Origin: Chloroflexota bacterium
Lineage (GTDB): Bacteria; Chloroflexota; Dehalococcoidia; GIF9; AB-539-J10
Assembly: GCA_030611015.1 (NCBI GenBank)
Contig: JAUWQP010000001.1
Coordinates: 1-62,933, forward strand
Length of the DNA: 62,933 bases
Reading direction: 5' to 3'
In this document: piece by piece, positions 27,586-36,598 of the stretch
Numbering within the stretch: the stretch's first letter is position 1
Layout: every line of letters starts with the position of its first letter
Notes under the pieces: generated by a model
The model's database searches: none
Told to the model about the DNA's origin: nothing
The model's input: the letters and a program-made list of their open reading frames with translations, nothing else
Made by a program: the position numbers and the translations under genes

Positions 27586-29196
27586 ATGATGGTAACGTTT
27601 GAGCTAGAACAATTCGCCATAACTGCCGACAGAATCTGGCTAAAGGCGCGAGAAGAAAAGCGGTTGACTCATAATCCCTCTGACGAGGAACTGAGAGGGC
27701 TTGTGGAAAAACAGCCGGGGGTTAGGAAAACGATTTATGGAAACTTTGTCGCCCGAAGTGAGCCTACTTCCAGGTCAGCAATGTTCACCAAAAACAGTGT
27801 TGACCATCCTTTTGGCAAGGATGAACTAAAGCTATTGGTAAACTGTGAAAAGGCTTTGGGCAAGGAAAGATTGATTTCCCTAGACAGAATTGTAGGCAAT
27901 GAGAATAGTAACACCACAGTCAGGTTAATTGTTCCTGAGCGGTTTGCCCATGTCGCCTACGGGGGCAAGAACCTTTTTATACCCCCAAAGGGGGAAGTCA
28001 AAAAACCAACCTATTACATCTTATTCTTCGCTGACGAGGCTTTTGAAACTAACCAGTCGAAGCCGCTCCTCGAGAGAGATATCACCATCAGATTGGCTAT
28101 GCTGGATGACGGAAGGTTTGTCAAGATAATCAGGAATGGTAACTACATAGGTGAATATAAGAAGGGAGTTTTCGCCGCTGAGGATTGGGTAGCTAAGACG
28201 AGAAGGGGAGGCATCTTCTTACATGCTGGCTGTAGAGAGGATTACCTTCAATCAGCACACGGGGACTATCGGATGGCGAGGACGTTACTTGTAGCATTAA
28301 GTGGCAACGGGAAAACAACTACAACCTGTAGAATCTTGGCCAGAAAAGGGAAGGAGAAATCCTGGCTTATTCAGGACGACGGGGGGACTCTCATGCCCGA
28401 TGGTTCCTTTCATGGCTTTGAAGCCCGGGGGATATTTGTAAAAACAGAGGGTGTGAACCCCGGGGAGCAAACCGAAATATTTTACGGACTGTTGAAACCG
28501 GAAACTGTCTGTGAAAATGTTTACGTAACCGAAGACGGAGATTTTGACCTTTTCAATTTCGAAAGAACATCCAATGGCAGAGCAGTGGTATTAAGAAGAG
28601 ATTTTATGCATACCAGTCCCTATATCGATGTGGATAGGATTGACAATTTGATTCTCATCACCAGGGGGCCACTGATTCCGGCAATATCAAAGCTAACCCG
28701 GGAACAAGCATCAGCCTTGATGGTGCTGGGACAGGCAATGGAATCCTCGGCTGGTGATCCAACCCAGGCAGGGAAAATTAGAAGCGAGTTTTTCTACGAC
28801 CCCTTTGTCGCCGGAGACCTGGCCGAGCATGCTAATATATTTTATGAGATAATAAAAGGTATTCCCAACCTAAATTACTATTTGATAAATACTGGAGGAA
28901 TAGGAGAAGGGGAATATTACAAAGATGTAAGATTGGAATTCACCATGGCAATACTCGATTCTTTACTGAGAGGAGGTTTAGAGGATTGGGTAGATTCCCC
29001 CACGGGCTTTAAGGTGCCTAGGGCGATAAGATATGTAGATGATATTTACTTGCATCCTGAGAAACTTTACTCCACAATTGAATTTGAAGAAAAGCAGAGG
29101 AAACTTAACAAAATTAGATACAAATCAGTGAAAGAACTCGGAGACTCCTTACATCCTGATATAAGAAAGATTTTTAGCAAGCCCAACGTCGCATAG
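27586..29196 (+). CDS. Divergent ATP-dependent phosphoenolpyruvate carboxykinase-family protein
   Basis: 536 aa. The kinase-1a-like loop is LSGNGKTTT (canonical LSGTGKTT). The kinase-2-like motif is LIQDDGG (canonical LIGDDEH). Family-level call only. Confidence 0.5.
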   Translation: MMVTFELEQFAITADRIWLKAREEKRLTHNPSDEELRGLVEKQPGVRKTIYGNFVARSEPTSRSAMFTKNSVDHPFGKDELKLLVNCEKALGKERLISLDRIVGNENSNTTVRLIVPERFAHVAYGGKNLFIPPKGEVKKPTYYILFFADEAFETNQSKPLLERDITIRLAMLDDGRFVKIIRNGNYIGEYKKGVFAAEDWVAKTRRGGIFLHAGCREDYLQSAHGDYRMARTLLVALSGNGKTTTTCRILARKGKEKSWLIQDDGGTLMPDGSFHGFEARGIFVKTEGVNPGEQTEIFYGLLKPETVCENVYVTEDGDFDLFNFERTSNGRAVVLRRDFMHTSPYIDVDRIDNLILITRGPLIPAISKLTREQASALMVLGQAMESSAGDPTQAGKIRSEFFYDPFVAGDLAEHANIFYEIIKGIPNLNYYLINTGGIGEGEYYKDVRLEFTMAILDSLLRGGLEDWVDSPTGFKVPRAIRYVDDIYLHPEKLYSTIEFEEKQRKLNKIRYKSVKELGDSLHPDIRKIFSKPNVA

Positions 29197-29280
29197 TAGA
29201 ACTGCAAGTCTCACGCGGTCCGTGTGGAATTTTGGTCTAGAATAGCTGTCCCGACGAAGTCGGGATAAGGAGGACAAGAA

Positions 29281-29649
29281 GTGGTAGAGTTCGCTGAACT
29301 TTATGAAAGGTTAAAGAAGGAGAAAGCAGAGCTGTTAGAGAAGCTGGAACAGTTGAGAACTCTCGGTCAACCATCGGCAGAGAGAAAAGTAGGCAGTCCA
29401 TTCGGCAAAAGGGAAGAGGGAGCCGATGAAGCCTCCGAGCTAGAGAAAAGACTGGCCCTGGTAAAAAGGCTGGAAGAGTCTCTTAATGATATTGAGCATG
29501 CCTTACAAAAATATGAAGCCGGCACTTATGGATTATGCGATGACTGTGGGCGGGCTATAGAGCAAGCTCGCCTTGAAGCTATACCTCAAGCAAGCTTATG
29601 TCTAAGATGTAAGGCAAGCCGAGCAAAGGATGTAAAAGGTGCAAGATAA
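29281..29649 (+). CDS. DksA/TraR-family C4 zinc-finger protein
   Basis: 122 aa with a coiled-coil N-terminus and CDDCG..17 aa..CLRC. GTG start follows AAGGAGG. Confidence 0.75.
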   Translation: MVEFAELYERLKKEKAELLEKLEQLRTLGQPSAERKVGSPFGKREEGADEASELEKRLALVKRLEESLNDIEHALQKYEAGTYGLCDDCGRAIEQARLEAIPQASLCLRCKASRAKDVKGAR

Positions 29650-30220
29650 TGGGTCTCCCAGTAAATTGGTGACCAGCAAAGTAACGGATTTCGTGGGTGA
29701 AGATAAATCAAAGGTCTCTCCAGGTAAGTATAGGAGCAAATTAAGGTTACTTCTTATTGTCACTGCCCTGGTGGTTATCCTTGACCAACTGAGCAAGCTA
29801 TGGATCGCCGCCAATCGACCTCCAACTCATTTGGAGCTTTTGCCAGGCTTTATCAATTTAGTTTTCGTTAAAAATTATGGCGTTGTCTTTGGTTTGCTTT
29901 CCGGCCACACAGAGCTTCGCATCGCTCTCAGCGTAGCTGGTTCCGTCATTATCCTGGTGTTTCTCCATTACCACCCCCCGACTACCACCTTAGGTACGTT
30001 GTCCTTGGCTTTGATTCTGGGCGGTGGCGTAGGTAACCTAATAGACCGCATCCGTCTTGGCTACGTAATCGATTTTATCAGTTTCCAGCTCTTCCGCTGG
30101 CCCGCCTTCAACATCGCTGACGCAGCTTTAACAGTGGGTCTCTTTGCTCTCATCTATTACTTTTATAAGTCGAGGGTATTTAGAAAAGCACATGAACGCC
30201 ACCTCAAGCCCCAAGATTAA
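29639..30220 (+). CDS. lspA: Lipoprotein signal peptidase II
   Basis: ILDQLSKLWI, the VKNYGVVFG and GGGVGNLIDR motifs, and FNIADAALTVG. The true start is probably downstream of 29639. Confidence 0.85.
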   Translation: MQDNGSPSKLVTSKVTDFVGEDKSKVSPGKYRSKLRLLLIVTALVVILDQLSKLWIAANRPPTHLELLPGFINLVFVKNYGVVFGLLSGHTELRIALSVAGSVIILVFLHYHPPTTTLGTLSLALILGGGVGNLIDRIRLGYVIDFISFQLFRWPAFNIADAALTVGLFALIYYFYKSRVFRKAHERHLKPQD

Positions 30221-31112
30221 GACGTTGCAATTCAACTCGTCCGTTCCCAATATCCGCCTCGATAAGTATTTGACCCAGGTCCTTCCACAATTCTCGCGCG
30301 CCTATTTACAGAAATTAATCGGGCAAGGTTGTATTTTAGTCAACGGGCAAAAAGCAAAAGTAAACCAGAGGTTAAACAAAGCCGACAGAATAACAGTTGA
30401 GCTTCCTCCCTCGCCTGCTCATCCTTTGGCTGAACCAATCCCTTTAGCTATAGTCTATGAAGATAAAGACATATTAGTCATAGATAAACCCGCAGGGTTG
30501 ACGGTTCACCCTGCCCCGGGGCATCCCAGCCATACTTTGGTCAACGCCGTCTTAGCTCATTGTCCCAGCCTGGCTACGAGCAACGAGCTGATGCGCCCCG
30601 GCCTAATTCACAGACTAGATAAAGATACATCGGGGCTCATAGTCATTGCCAAAAGCGACTTTGCCCGGGAATATTTAGCCGCACAGTTCAAAAACCGCAC
30701 TGTAACCAAAGGATATCTTGTCCTTGTTAAAGGAAGGCTGTCCCCGGAGCATGGGATAATTGAAGCACCTATCGGGCGAGATCCTCGTAGCAGACGGAGA
30801 ATGGCAATAGTAGAAACAGGAAAAGAGGCTAGCACTCAATATCGAGTCCAAAAATATCTGGATACCTACACTTTAGTCGAAGTCACCCCCCTAACAGGGC
30901 GCACACATCAAATCAGAGTACACCTGTCAGCTATCGGCTATCCGGTCGTCGGTGACCCCGTTTACGGAATAAAATCGGCGCATCTTAACAGGCAATTTAT
31001 TCATGCCTATCGTCTTGGCTTTCGCTTGCCGTCAACCGAGCAATACCAGGAATTTACCTCACCCCTACCTATAGACTTGGAGCAAGCTTTAGAATACTTG
31101 TGCAGGTCATAG
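30144..31112 (+). CDS. rluD: 23S rRNA pseudouridine synthase, RluD/RluA family
   Basis: S4 domain (RLDKYL) and catalytic HRLDKDTSGLIVIAK. The likely true start is the ATG at 30192 (MNATSS..). Confidence 0.85.
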   Translation: MLSSITFISRGYLEKHMNATSSPKIKTLQFNSSVPNIRLDKYLTQVLPQFSRAYLQKLIGQGCILVNGQKAKVNQRLNKADRITVELPPSPAHPLAEPIPLAIVYEDKDILVIDKPAGLTVHPAPGHPSHTLVNAVLAHCPSLATSNELMRPGLIHRLDKDTSGLIVIAKSDFAREYLAAQFKNRTVTKGYLVLVKGRLSPEHGIIEAPIGRDPRSRRRMAIVETGKEASTQYRVQKYLDTYTLVEVTPLTGRTHQIRVHLSAIGYPVVGDPVYGIKSAHLNRQFIHAYRLGFRLPSTEQYQEFTSPLPIDLEQALEYLCRS

Positions 31113-31212
31113 TTGCCTTTTTCAAGCGCAGGGTTTTCGAATCACTATTCAGATGAACAAGCACAGTGTCTTGCCAGGAGAAGCCTTTGTTTGGTATGAT
31201 TGGGGAGATAAA

Positions 31213-31881
31213 ATGGACAAACTAGAGTTAAAGGTTACCAACCGAGAGATTCTCGGCAAAAAAGTCAAGCATTTGCGCCGCCAGGGAATTACTCCGGTGC
31301 ATCTTTTCGGGCACGCTATCGAGTCTCTAGCACTACAGTGCGACACTGTTCAGATTGAGCGAGTATTATCTCAAGCTGAACAAACAGGACTTATTAGCCT
31401 CAAGCTAGATAACGAGAAAAGGCCGAGGACCGTCATGGTTCGCGCATTCGATAGAGATTGGCGGAAGGGGCAACTGATCCATGTAGATTTTTATCAGGTC
31501 AAACTGAGAGAAAAGCTAAAGTTAGAGGTCCCTGTTGTCTTAGTCGGCGAAGCGCCAGCCCTGAAGTCTAAGGACAATATGCTGGAACATGAGCTTGACA
31601 CTTTGACTATCGAGTGTTTGCCGGCAAAAATCCCCACTAACATAGAGGTGGACATCAGTTCCTTCACCGAGCCGGGGCAAGCGATAAGGGTCAAGGATAT
31701 CATCCTGGGTGAGGATATTGCCACTCTTAACGACCCAGAGTTGGTTGTGGCAAAAATTAGTTGGCGACCTGTGGGAAAGATAGAAGAGGAAGTGGCAGAG
31801 GAACTAGTAGAAGTGACAGAGAAAGCGGTTGAAGCTCCTGAAGAAGCTACGCCAGATAAAGAAAAATCAGAGGAAACATAA
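31213..31881 (+). CDS. rplY: Ribosomal protein L25 / general stress protein Ctc
   Basis: I chose the start at MDKLELKV, which follows GGGGAG. The tracked ORF begins at 31153. L25 pattern (R...GK...RR.G..P) with an acidic C-terminal extension. Confidence 0.8.
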   Translation: MDKLELKVTNREILGKKVKHLRRQGITPVHLFGHAIESLALQCDTVQIERVLSQAEQTGLISLKLDNEKRPRTVMVRAFDRDWRKGQLIHVDFYQVKLREKLKLEVPVVLVGEAPALKSKDNMLEHELDTLTIECLPAKIPTNIEVDISSFTEPGQAIRVKDIILGEDIATLNDPELVVAKISWRPVGKIEEEVAEELVEVTEKAVEAPEEATPDKEKSEET

Positions 31882-31932
31882 TCGTCCAGCTTACCTGCCA
31901 ATTGCTTCCGTATCTGTGTGGGTACACTGGAT

Positions 31933-31961
31933 TTGCTTGGCTGGCAAATCCCTGATATAAT
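31933..31961 (+). promoter_or_regulatory. Near-consensus sigma-70 promoter of the riboswitch-tup-moa transcript
   Basis: TTGCTT (31933-31938), exactly 17 nt, TATAAT (31956-31961). Confidence 0.6.
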
Positions 31962-31977
31962 ACCCGAAATTAAATGT

Positions 31978-32096
31978 TAACTCTCTCCGAGCTGTCTTGC
32001 CTAAAGAGAGTCCATGGCAAGCAGCCGGTGGGCTGAAAAGCCTTGAGGGCACAGATAGAAATGTCCGTGCCTCCCGTGCTTGGAAAGGAGGGAATA
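31978..32096 (+). promoter_or_regulatory. Probable molybdenum/tungsten-cofactor (Moco RNA motif) riboswitch
   Basis: Contains the blocks I recall as conserved in the Moco motif: CUCCGAGC, GCCUCCC and GGAAAGGAG. Supporting helices: CUCUCC/GGAGGG (P1), ugucuugcc/ggcaagca, and ggcac/gugcc. It lies upstream of tungstate uptake and moaAC genes. Confidence 0.65.
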
Positions 32097-32114
32097 TGAA
32101 GCTTGATTTTTGGG

Positions 32115-32146
32115 CAACACCGTTTTTGTGACGGTGTTTTTTTATT
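32115..32146 (+). terminator. Intrinsic terminator (riboswitch expression platform)
   Basis: Stem aacaccg (32116-32122) pairs with cggtgtt (32132-32138), followed by a run of T residues. Confidence 0.65.
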
Positions 32147-32244
32147 CCCGCTTGTTGCTTCCTTATTACCCGCCGGGCGTTTGATGAACTTAAATTGAGA
32201 ATGGGGGGTAGAAGTAGGGAGCACATTTAAGGCTTCGGCAATTC

Positions 32245-33198
32245 ATGTCTTTTAGAAAGGTTTCTAGAGATAAAAGGAGGTTTTTACTGACAAGAATTTT
32301 GCTTAAGATAGCTTCAATTGTTTTGGTTTTGACATTGCTTGTAACAGTTCTCGGCTGTAGCGAGCAAACAGAAGTACTAAGGGTAGCAACCACTACCAGC
32401 CTTTACGACACCGGCTTGTGGGATTATCTGGAGGGCATATTTGAAGATAGATATAACGACGACTTGCAGATAACAGCTAAAGGCACTGGTATGGCTTTGC
32501 AGTTGGGTATGAATGGTGATGTGGATGTGGTTACTGTCCATGACCCCGTTCAAGAGGCAGCATTCATAGACGGTGGTTACGCTCTTAACGCAACAGTAGA
32601 TGGCAACTCCACGGCGCGGGTCACCTGGGCTTATAACTACTTCATCATCGTAGGCCCGGAGTCTGACCCCGCAGGCGTTGGTAACTTAACTGGTAGCTTG
32701 GCTCCAGAAGAAGCCTTCCAAAAAATCCAGCAAGAGGGGGCGCTTGACCCGGATAACGTTAAATCCGTCTCTCGAGGGGATAACTCGGGAACTCACGGCA
32801 AAGAAAAAGCCATCTGGGCATCAGGCGGCTATAATTATACAGAGGATATTCAAGGCGATGGAGCGGCTGCTGGCTGGTATATCGAAGCCGGGACAGGCAT
32901 GGGGGCAACACTGGAGATGGCTGACGAGCTAATGGCTTACGCCCTGACAGACAAGGGAACCTTCCTTGCTTATCAAGGCGACTTGGATTTGGTACCCTTG
33001 GTAGAGGAAGGGGATATTATGCTCAATGTCTATACGGTTATCATCTGCAAGAACGGTGTCAATTCTGGGATGGCTCAAAATCTGGTAACTTTCCTCAGGG
33101 CAGATGATATCCAGACTTTAATCGCCGGATTTGGCGTGCCAGAATATGGAGAAACGCTATTCTACCACTGGGATCCAGAGATTTGTGGGTTGCCCTAA
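32245..33198 (+). CDS. tupA: Tungstate/molybdate ABC transporter substrate-binding lipoprotein (TupA type)
   Basis: 317 aa. Signal peptide with lipobox LGC. TupA-like motifs ATTTSLYDTGL and SRGDNSGTHGKE. Confidence 0.75.
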   Translation: MSFRKVSRDKRRFLLTRILLKIASIVLVLTLLVTVLGCSEQTEVLRVATTTSLYDTGLWDYLEGIFEDRYNDDLQITAKGTGMALQLGMNGDVDVVTVHDPVQEAAFIDGGYALNATVDGNSTARVTWAYNYFIIVGPESDPAGVGNLTGSLAPEEAFQKIQQEGALDPDNVKSVSRGDNSGTHGKEKAIWASGGYNYTEDIQGDGAAAGWYIEAGTGMGATLEMADELMAYALTDKGTFLAYQGDLDLVPLVEEGDIMLNVYTVIICKNGVNSGMAQNLVTFLRADDIQTLIAGFGVPEYGETLFYHWDPEICGLP

Positions 33199-33215
33199 CT
33201 ACTAGGAGGTATGAC

Positions 33216-33347
33216 ATGCCGGTAATAGCAGCGATAGTGAAGTGTAAGAAGTGCGGTACTGAAGTAAGGTCAGACTGGAAGTTTTATACTAACTGCGCTG
33301 ACAAAATTACCTGCACTGGCAAGTACGAAGCCTGTGCCAAGAAATAG
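33216..33347 (+). CDS. Small 43-aa six-cysteine ORF (zinc-ribbon-like), not in the supplied ORF track
   Basis: AGGAGG (33204-33209) lies 6 nt before the ATG. Translation: MPVIAAIVKCKKCGTEVRSDWKFYTNCADKITCTGKYEACAKK. It sits between tupA and tupB. Confidence 0.4.
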   Translation: MPVIAAIVKCKKCGTEVRSDWKFYTNCADKITCTGKYEACAKK

Positions 33348-33370
33348 CAGATTAAAGCAGGTAAGAGCAA

Positions 33371-34057
33371 TTGACTGAAATATGGGACGGCCTTACCAAG
33401 GCCATAGAACTCCTAATCTCCCTTGACCCGGAGGTGATGGAGGTAGTGGGAAGGTCCTTGGGGATTTCGGGGACAGCGTGTCTTCTGGCCTCTCTGATCT
33501 GCCTACCACTGGGGAGTCTAATACACTTCCATCACTTCCGGGGGAAGAGGGCCTTAATAAATATCATCCAGACGCTGTTCAGCGTGCCCACAGTTCTTGT
33601 TGGTTTGCTTATTCTTGTGCTATTTTCCCGGGCTGGGCCACTGGGTGAGTTTGGCATACTTTTTACTCCCCCTGTCATGGTGATTGGCCAGATGATATTA
33701 ATCATTCCCCTGCTGCTTGGTTTGACTATTTCCGCGTTGAGCGGTGTAAGTAGGGAGATTGTGGATACCGCTACCTCTCTTGGTGCCAGCGGCTTTCAGG
33801 CCGTCCTTCTTGTGTTGAAGGAGGCAAGGTATGCTGTGCTGGCTGCTGTGATAATGGGTTTTGGCAGGGCTATCTCAGAGGTGGGATGTGCTCTGATGGT
33901 CGGTGGCAATATCAGGGGAGCCACCAGGGTAATTACCACATCAATAGCATTAGAGACATCCAAGGGTGAGTTAGCATTGGCAATAGCACTAGGTATAATT
34001 CTTTTGTCCCTGGCACTTATCATTAACATCGTCTTGAATAGGCTGCAGCAGAGGTAA
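33371..34057 (+). CDS. tupB: Tungstate/molybdate ABC transporter permease
   Basis: 228 aa, multi-span, with an ABC permease EAA-like loop (ATSLGASGFQ). Confidence 0.75.
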   Translation: MTEIWDGLTKAIELLISLDPEVMEVVGRSLGISGTACLLASLICLPLGSLIHFHHFRGKRALINIIQTLFSVPTVLVGLLILVLFSRAGPLGEFGILFTPPVMVIGQMILIIPLLLGLTISALSGVSREIVDTATSLGASGFQAVLLVLKEARYAVLAAVIMGFGRAISEVGCALMVGGNIRGATRVITTSIALETSKGELALAIALGIILLSLALIINIVLNRLQQR

Positions 34058-34060
34058 GGC

Positions 34061-35152
34061 ATGTCTTTAATAGAAGTAACGGGGCTAAACCACAGATATG
34101 GTGAACGGGCGATACTGGAGAATATCAACCTTAACGTTGATAGAGGCGAAGTGTTTGCTTTAATCGGGCCCACTGGGGCTGGCAAAACAACACTTTTACG
34201 TATTATAGACCTGCTGGAAGTTCCTGGCGCGGGGGAAATCTATTTTGATGGCAGATGCATCCCGCGGTCAGGGAAACAAAGATTGGAGATACGTCGTCGG
34301 ATGTCATTTATACACCAGAAACCTCAGGTATTTAATTTAAGTGTCTATGACAACGTTGCCTGTGGCTTAAGATGGAGGGGAGAGAAAAAGAACAGGATTG
34401 ACGGGAAGGTTGACCATATTTTGGAAATGATTGGGTTAGAAGGCTATAAGAATAGAAACGCCCGGACACTTTCCGGTGGCGAAGCGCAGAGAGTAGCTTT
34501 AGCCAGGTCCCTGGTGCTCGAACCTGAGGTGTTGTTATTGGACGAGCCGACAGCTAACCTTGACCCTGTTTCCACGGCAAAGATTGAGCAGTTAATTTCA
34601 TATATTGCCAGGCAACGTAACACTACCATGATAATGGCAACGCATGATATGTCTCAAGGGCAGCAACTTGCTGACAGGATGGGGGTGCTTCTTGATGGCA
34701 GACTTGTCCAAACAGGCAATGTCACCGACATATTCCGTTCGCCCCAAAACGAAAAGGTGGCTCATTTTGTCGGTATGGAGAACCTCATAGAAGGTATAAT
34801 AATTACAAACAACGAAGGTATCGCCACGGTAAATATAGGTGGCAATGCCATACAGGCAGTTTCCAGCTATCCGGTCGGAAAGGAAGTATATGCTTGCATC
34901 AGGCCTGAAGATATCACCTTAGCTTTATCTAGCATCCAAAGTTCGGCAAGGAATTCCTTTCAGGCCGAGGTTACCAAAGTAACCTTACTTGGACCGCTTA
35001 GCCGCGTGGAAATAAATTGTGGCTTTCGCCTAATAGCCTTGGTCACCAAAATATCAGCAGAAGATTTGAATGTACAGGTAGGCACGGAAGTCTATGCTAC
35101 TTTCAAAGCTACCGGCGTGCATATTATTGAAAGGAAATTAGCCAATGACTAA
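34061..35152 (+). CDS. tupC: ABC transporter ATP-binding protein with C-terminal TOBE/Mop-like domain
   Basis: Walker A GPTGAGKTT, signature LSGGEAQR, Walker B LLLDEP. About 120 aa of C-terminal extension is typical of molybdate/tungstate importers. Confidence 0.8.
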   Translation: MSLIEVTGLNHRYGERAILENINLNVDRGEVFALIGPTGAGKTTLLRIIDLLEVPGAGEIYFDGRCIPRSGKQRLEIRRRMSFIHQKPQVFNLSVYDNVACGLRWRGEKKNRIDGKVDHILEMIGLEGYKNRNARTLSGGEAQRVALARSLVLEPEVLLLDEPTANLDPVSTAKIEQLISYIARQRNTTMIMATHDMSQGQQLADRMGVLLDGRLVQTGNVTDIFRSPQNEKVAHFVGMENLIEGIIITNNEGIATVNIGGNAIQAVSSYPVGKEVYACIRPEDITLALSSIQSSARNSFQAEVTKVTLLGPLSRVEINCGFRLIALVTKISAEDLNVQVGTEVYATFKATGVHIIERKLAND

Positions 35153-36131
35153 AAATCTTGATCCTTTCGGACGGAACATAAATTACCTCCGAATTTCAGT
35201 TACCGACCGTTGCAACCTGCGCTGTATCTATTGCATGCCACTCGAAGGTGTTCCTCAGATGTCGCATAGTGAACTCCTCTCCTACGAGGAGATTCAGACT
35301 GTTGTCCGAGCAGCAGCAGAGCTGGGTATCAACAGGATTAGGCTCACTGGTGGCGAGCCCCTGGTCAGAGCTGAGTTACCCGAGCTCGTTCGTATGCTAT
35401 CTCGAATTGAAGGCATTGAAGAACTTTCGTTGACGACAAATGGGGTGTTTCTCAAGAAATATGCTCTGGAACTTAAGCAAGCGGGCTTGTCTAGAGTCAA
35501 TGTGAGTCTGGACACGCTTAAAGCCGATACATTTCGATACATAACCCGTCTTGGAGAATTGCAGGGCGTCCTTGAAGGTATTGAGGCAGCAAAGAAGGCT
35601 GGCTTCGAACCGGTGAAGACAAATACAGTGGTCATGCGGGGCATAAACGATGATGAGATACTGGATTTTGCCAAGATGACCTATGAAGACGGATGGCATG
35701 TCCGATTCATCGAGCTTATGCCCTTCAAAGGTGTAGCAGAGTTTGTACCTTCTATTGAATTGCGACAACATATTAGTCTGCTTGGCAAGCTTGAGCCCTG
35801 TGCGTCCATAACTGGTAATGGACCTGCTATGTACTACCGCTTACCTGGAGCCAGGGGCACTATAGGCTTTATCAGCCCCCTCACCGAGACTTCCTTTTGC
35901 TCCCGCTGTAACCGAATGCGACTTACCTCAGATGGCAAGCTACGCCCCTGCCTCCTAAGAGAAGATGAGATTGACTTAAAACTGCCGCTACGCTCCGATG
36001 AAATCGGAGCCTCGATGAAGGAGCTAAAACGCCTCATTCTGAAGGCAGTTGCTTCCAAGCCGGAGCATCATCACCTGAATGAAGGCGTTGCTAGGCTGGT
36101 AAATCGAAAAATGCCACAGATTGGAGGCTAA
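35145..36131 (+). CDS. moaA: GTP 3',8-cyclase MoaA (radical SAM)
   Basis: CNLRCIYC radical-SAM motif, C-terminal CSRCNRMRLTSDGKLRPCL cluster, and a terminal GG. Confidence 0.9.
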   Translation: MTKNLDPFGRNINYLRISVTDRCNLRCIYCMPLEGVPQMSHSELLSYEEIQTVVRAAAELGINRIRLTGGEPLVRAELPELVRMLSRIEGIEELSLTTNGVFLKKYALELKQAGLSRVNVSLDTLKADTFRYITRLGELQGVLEGIEAAKKAGFEPVKTNTVVMRGINDDEILDFAKMTYEDGWHVRFIELMPFKGVAEFVPSIELRQHISLLGKLEPCASITGNGPAMYYRLPGARGTIGFISPLTETSFCSRCNRMRLTSDGKLRPCLLREDEIDLKLPLRSDEIGASMKELKRLILKAVASKPEHHHLNEGVARLVNRKMPQIGG

Positions 36132-36133
36132 AA

Positions 36134-36598
36134 ATGGAGTTAGGACAAATTCACATGATAGACGTTACCCGGAAAAAAGAAACAGAACGCCAGGCGGTAG
36201 CCAAAGGCAAGGTGCAGATGAAGCCTGCCACCTTAGAACTTATCCGTAAAGGTGAACTAAAAAAAGGAGATGCCTTAGCCGTGGCAAAGACGGCTGGAAT
36301 CATGGCTGCCAAAGAAACACACCGCCTCATACCCCTCTGTCACCCTCTCCATCTCACCCACATTGCAATTGAATTTCATCTGACTGAAGACGACTCCGAC
36401 TTCGTCGGAGTTGAGATCACTGCCAGCGCTAAGGGAGTAGAAAAAACGGGATTTGAAATGGAAGCGCTAGTAGCGGTATCTGTAAGCGCTCTGACTGTTT
36501 ATGACATGTGTAAGGCAGTGGACGAGAGCATGACCATTGGAGAGATTCGCTTGGTAAGGAAGAGTGGAGGTAAAAGCGGGCTTTATCTAGCCGACTAA
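36134..36598 (+). CDS. moaC: Cyclic pyranopterin monophosphate synthase MoaC
   Basis: 154 aa with MIDV..K, IPLCHPL, GVEMEAL-like GFEMEAL, and YDMCKAVD. Confidence 0.9.
   Translation: MELGQIHMIDVTRKKETERQAVAKGKVQMKPATLELIRKGELKKGDALAVAKTAGIMAAKETHRLIPLCHPLHLTHIAIEFHLTEDDSDFVGVEITASAKGVEKTGFEMEALVAVSVSALTVYDMCKAVDESMTIGEIRLVRKSGGKSGLYLAD

Noticed and set aside
31891-32226. Minus-strand ORFs of 111 aa and 84 aa between L25 and tupA.
   Set aside because: The region is better explained on the plus strand by a consensus promoter, a Moco-motif-like RNA and an intrinsic terminator. The ORF translations have no recognisable features.
36397-36413. Palindrome ctccgacttcgtcggag inside moaC, resembling the hairpin gtcccgacgaagtcgggat at 29248-29266 (a possible repeat family).
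   Set aside because: Only a 13-nt palindromic core is shared. One copy is in-frame coding sequence of a conserved protein. With two occurrences, this is most likely coincidence.
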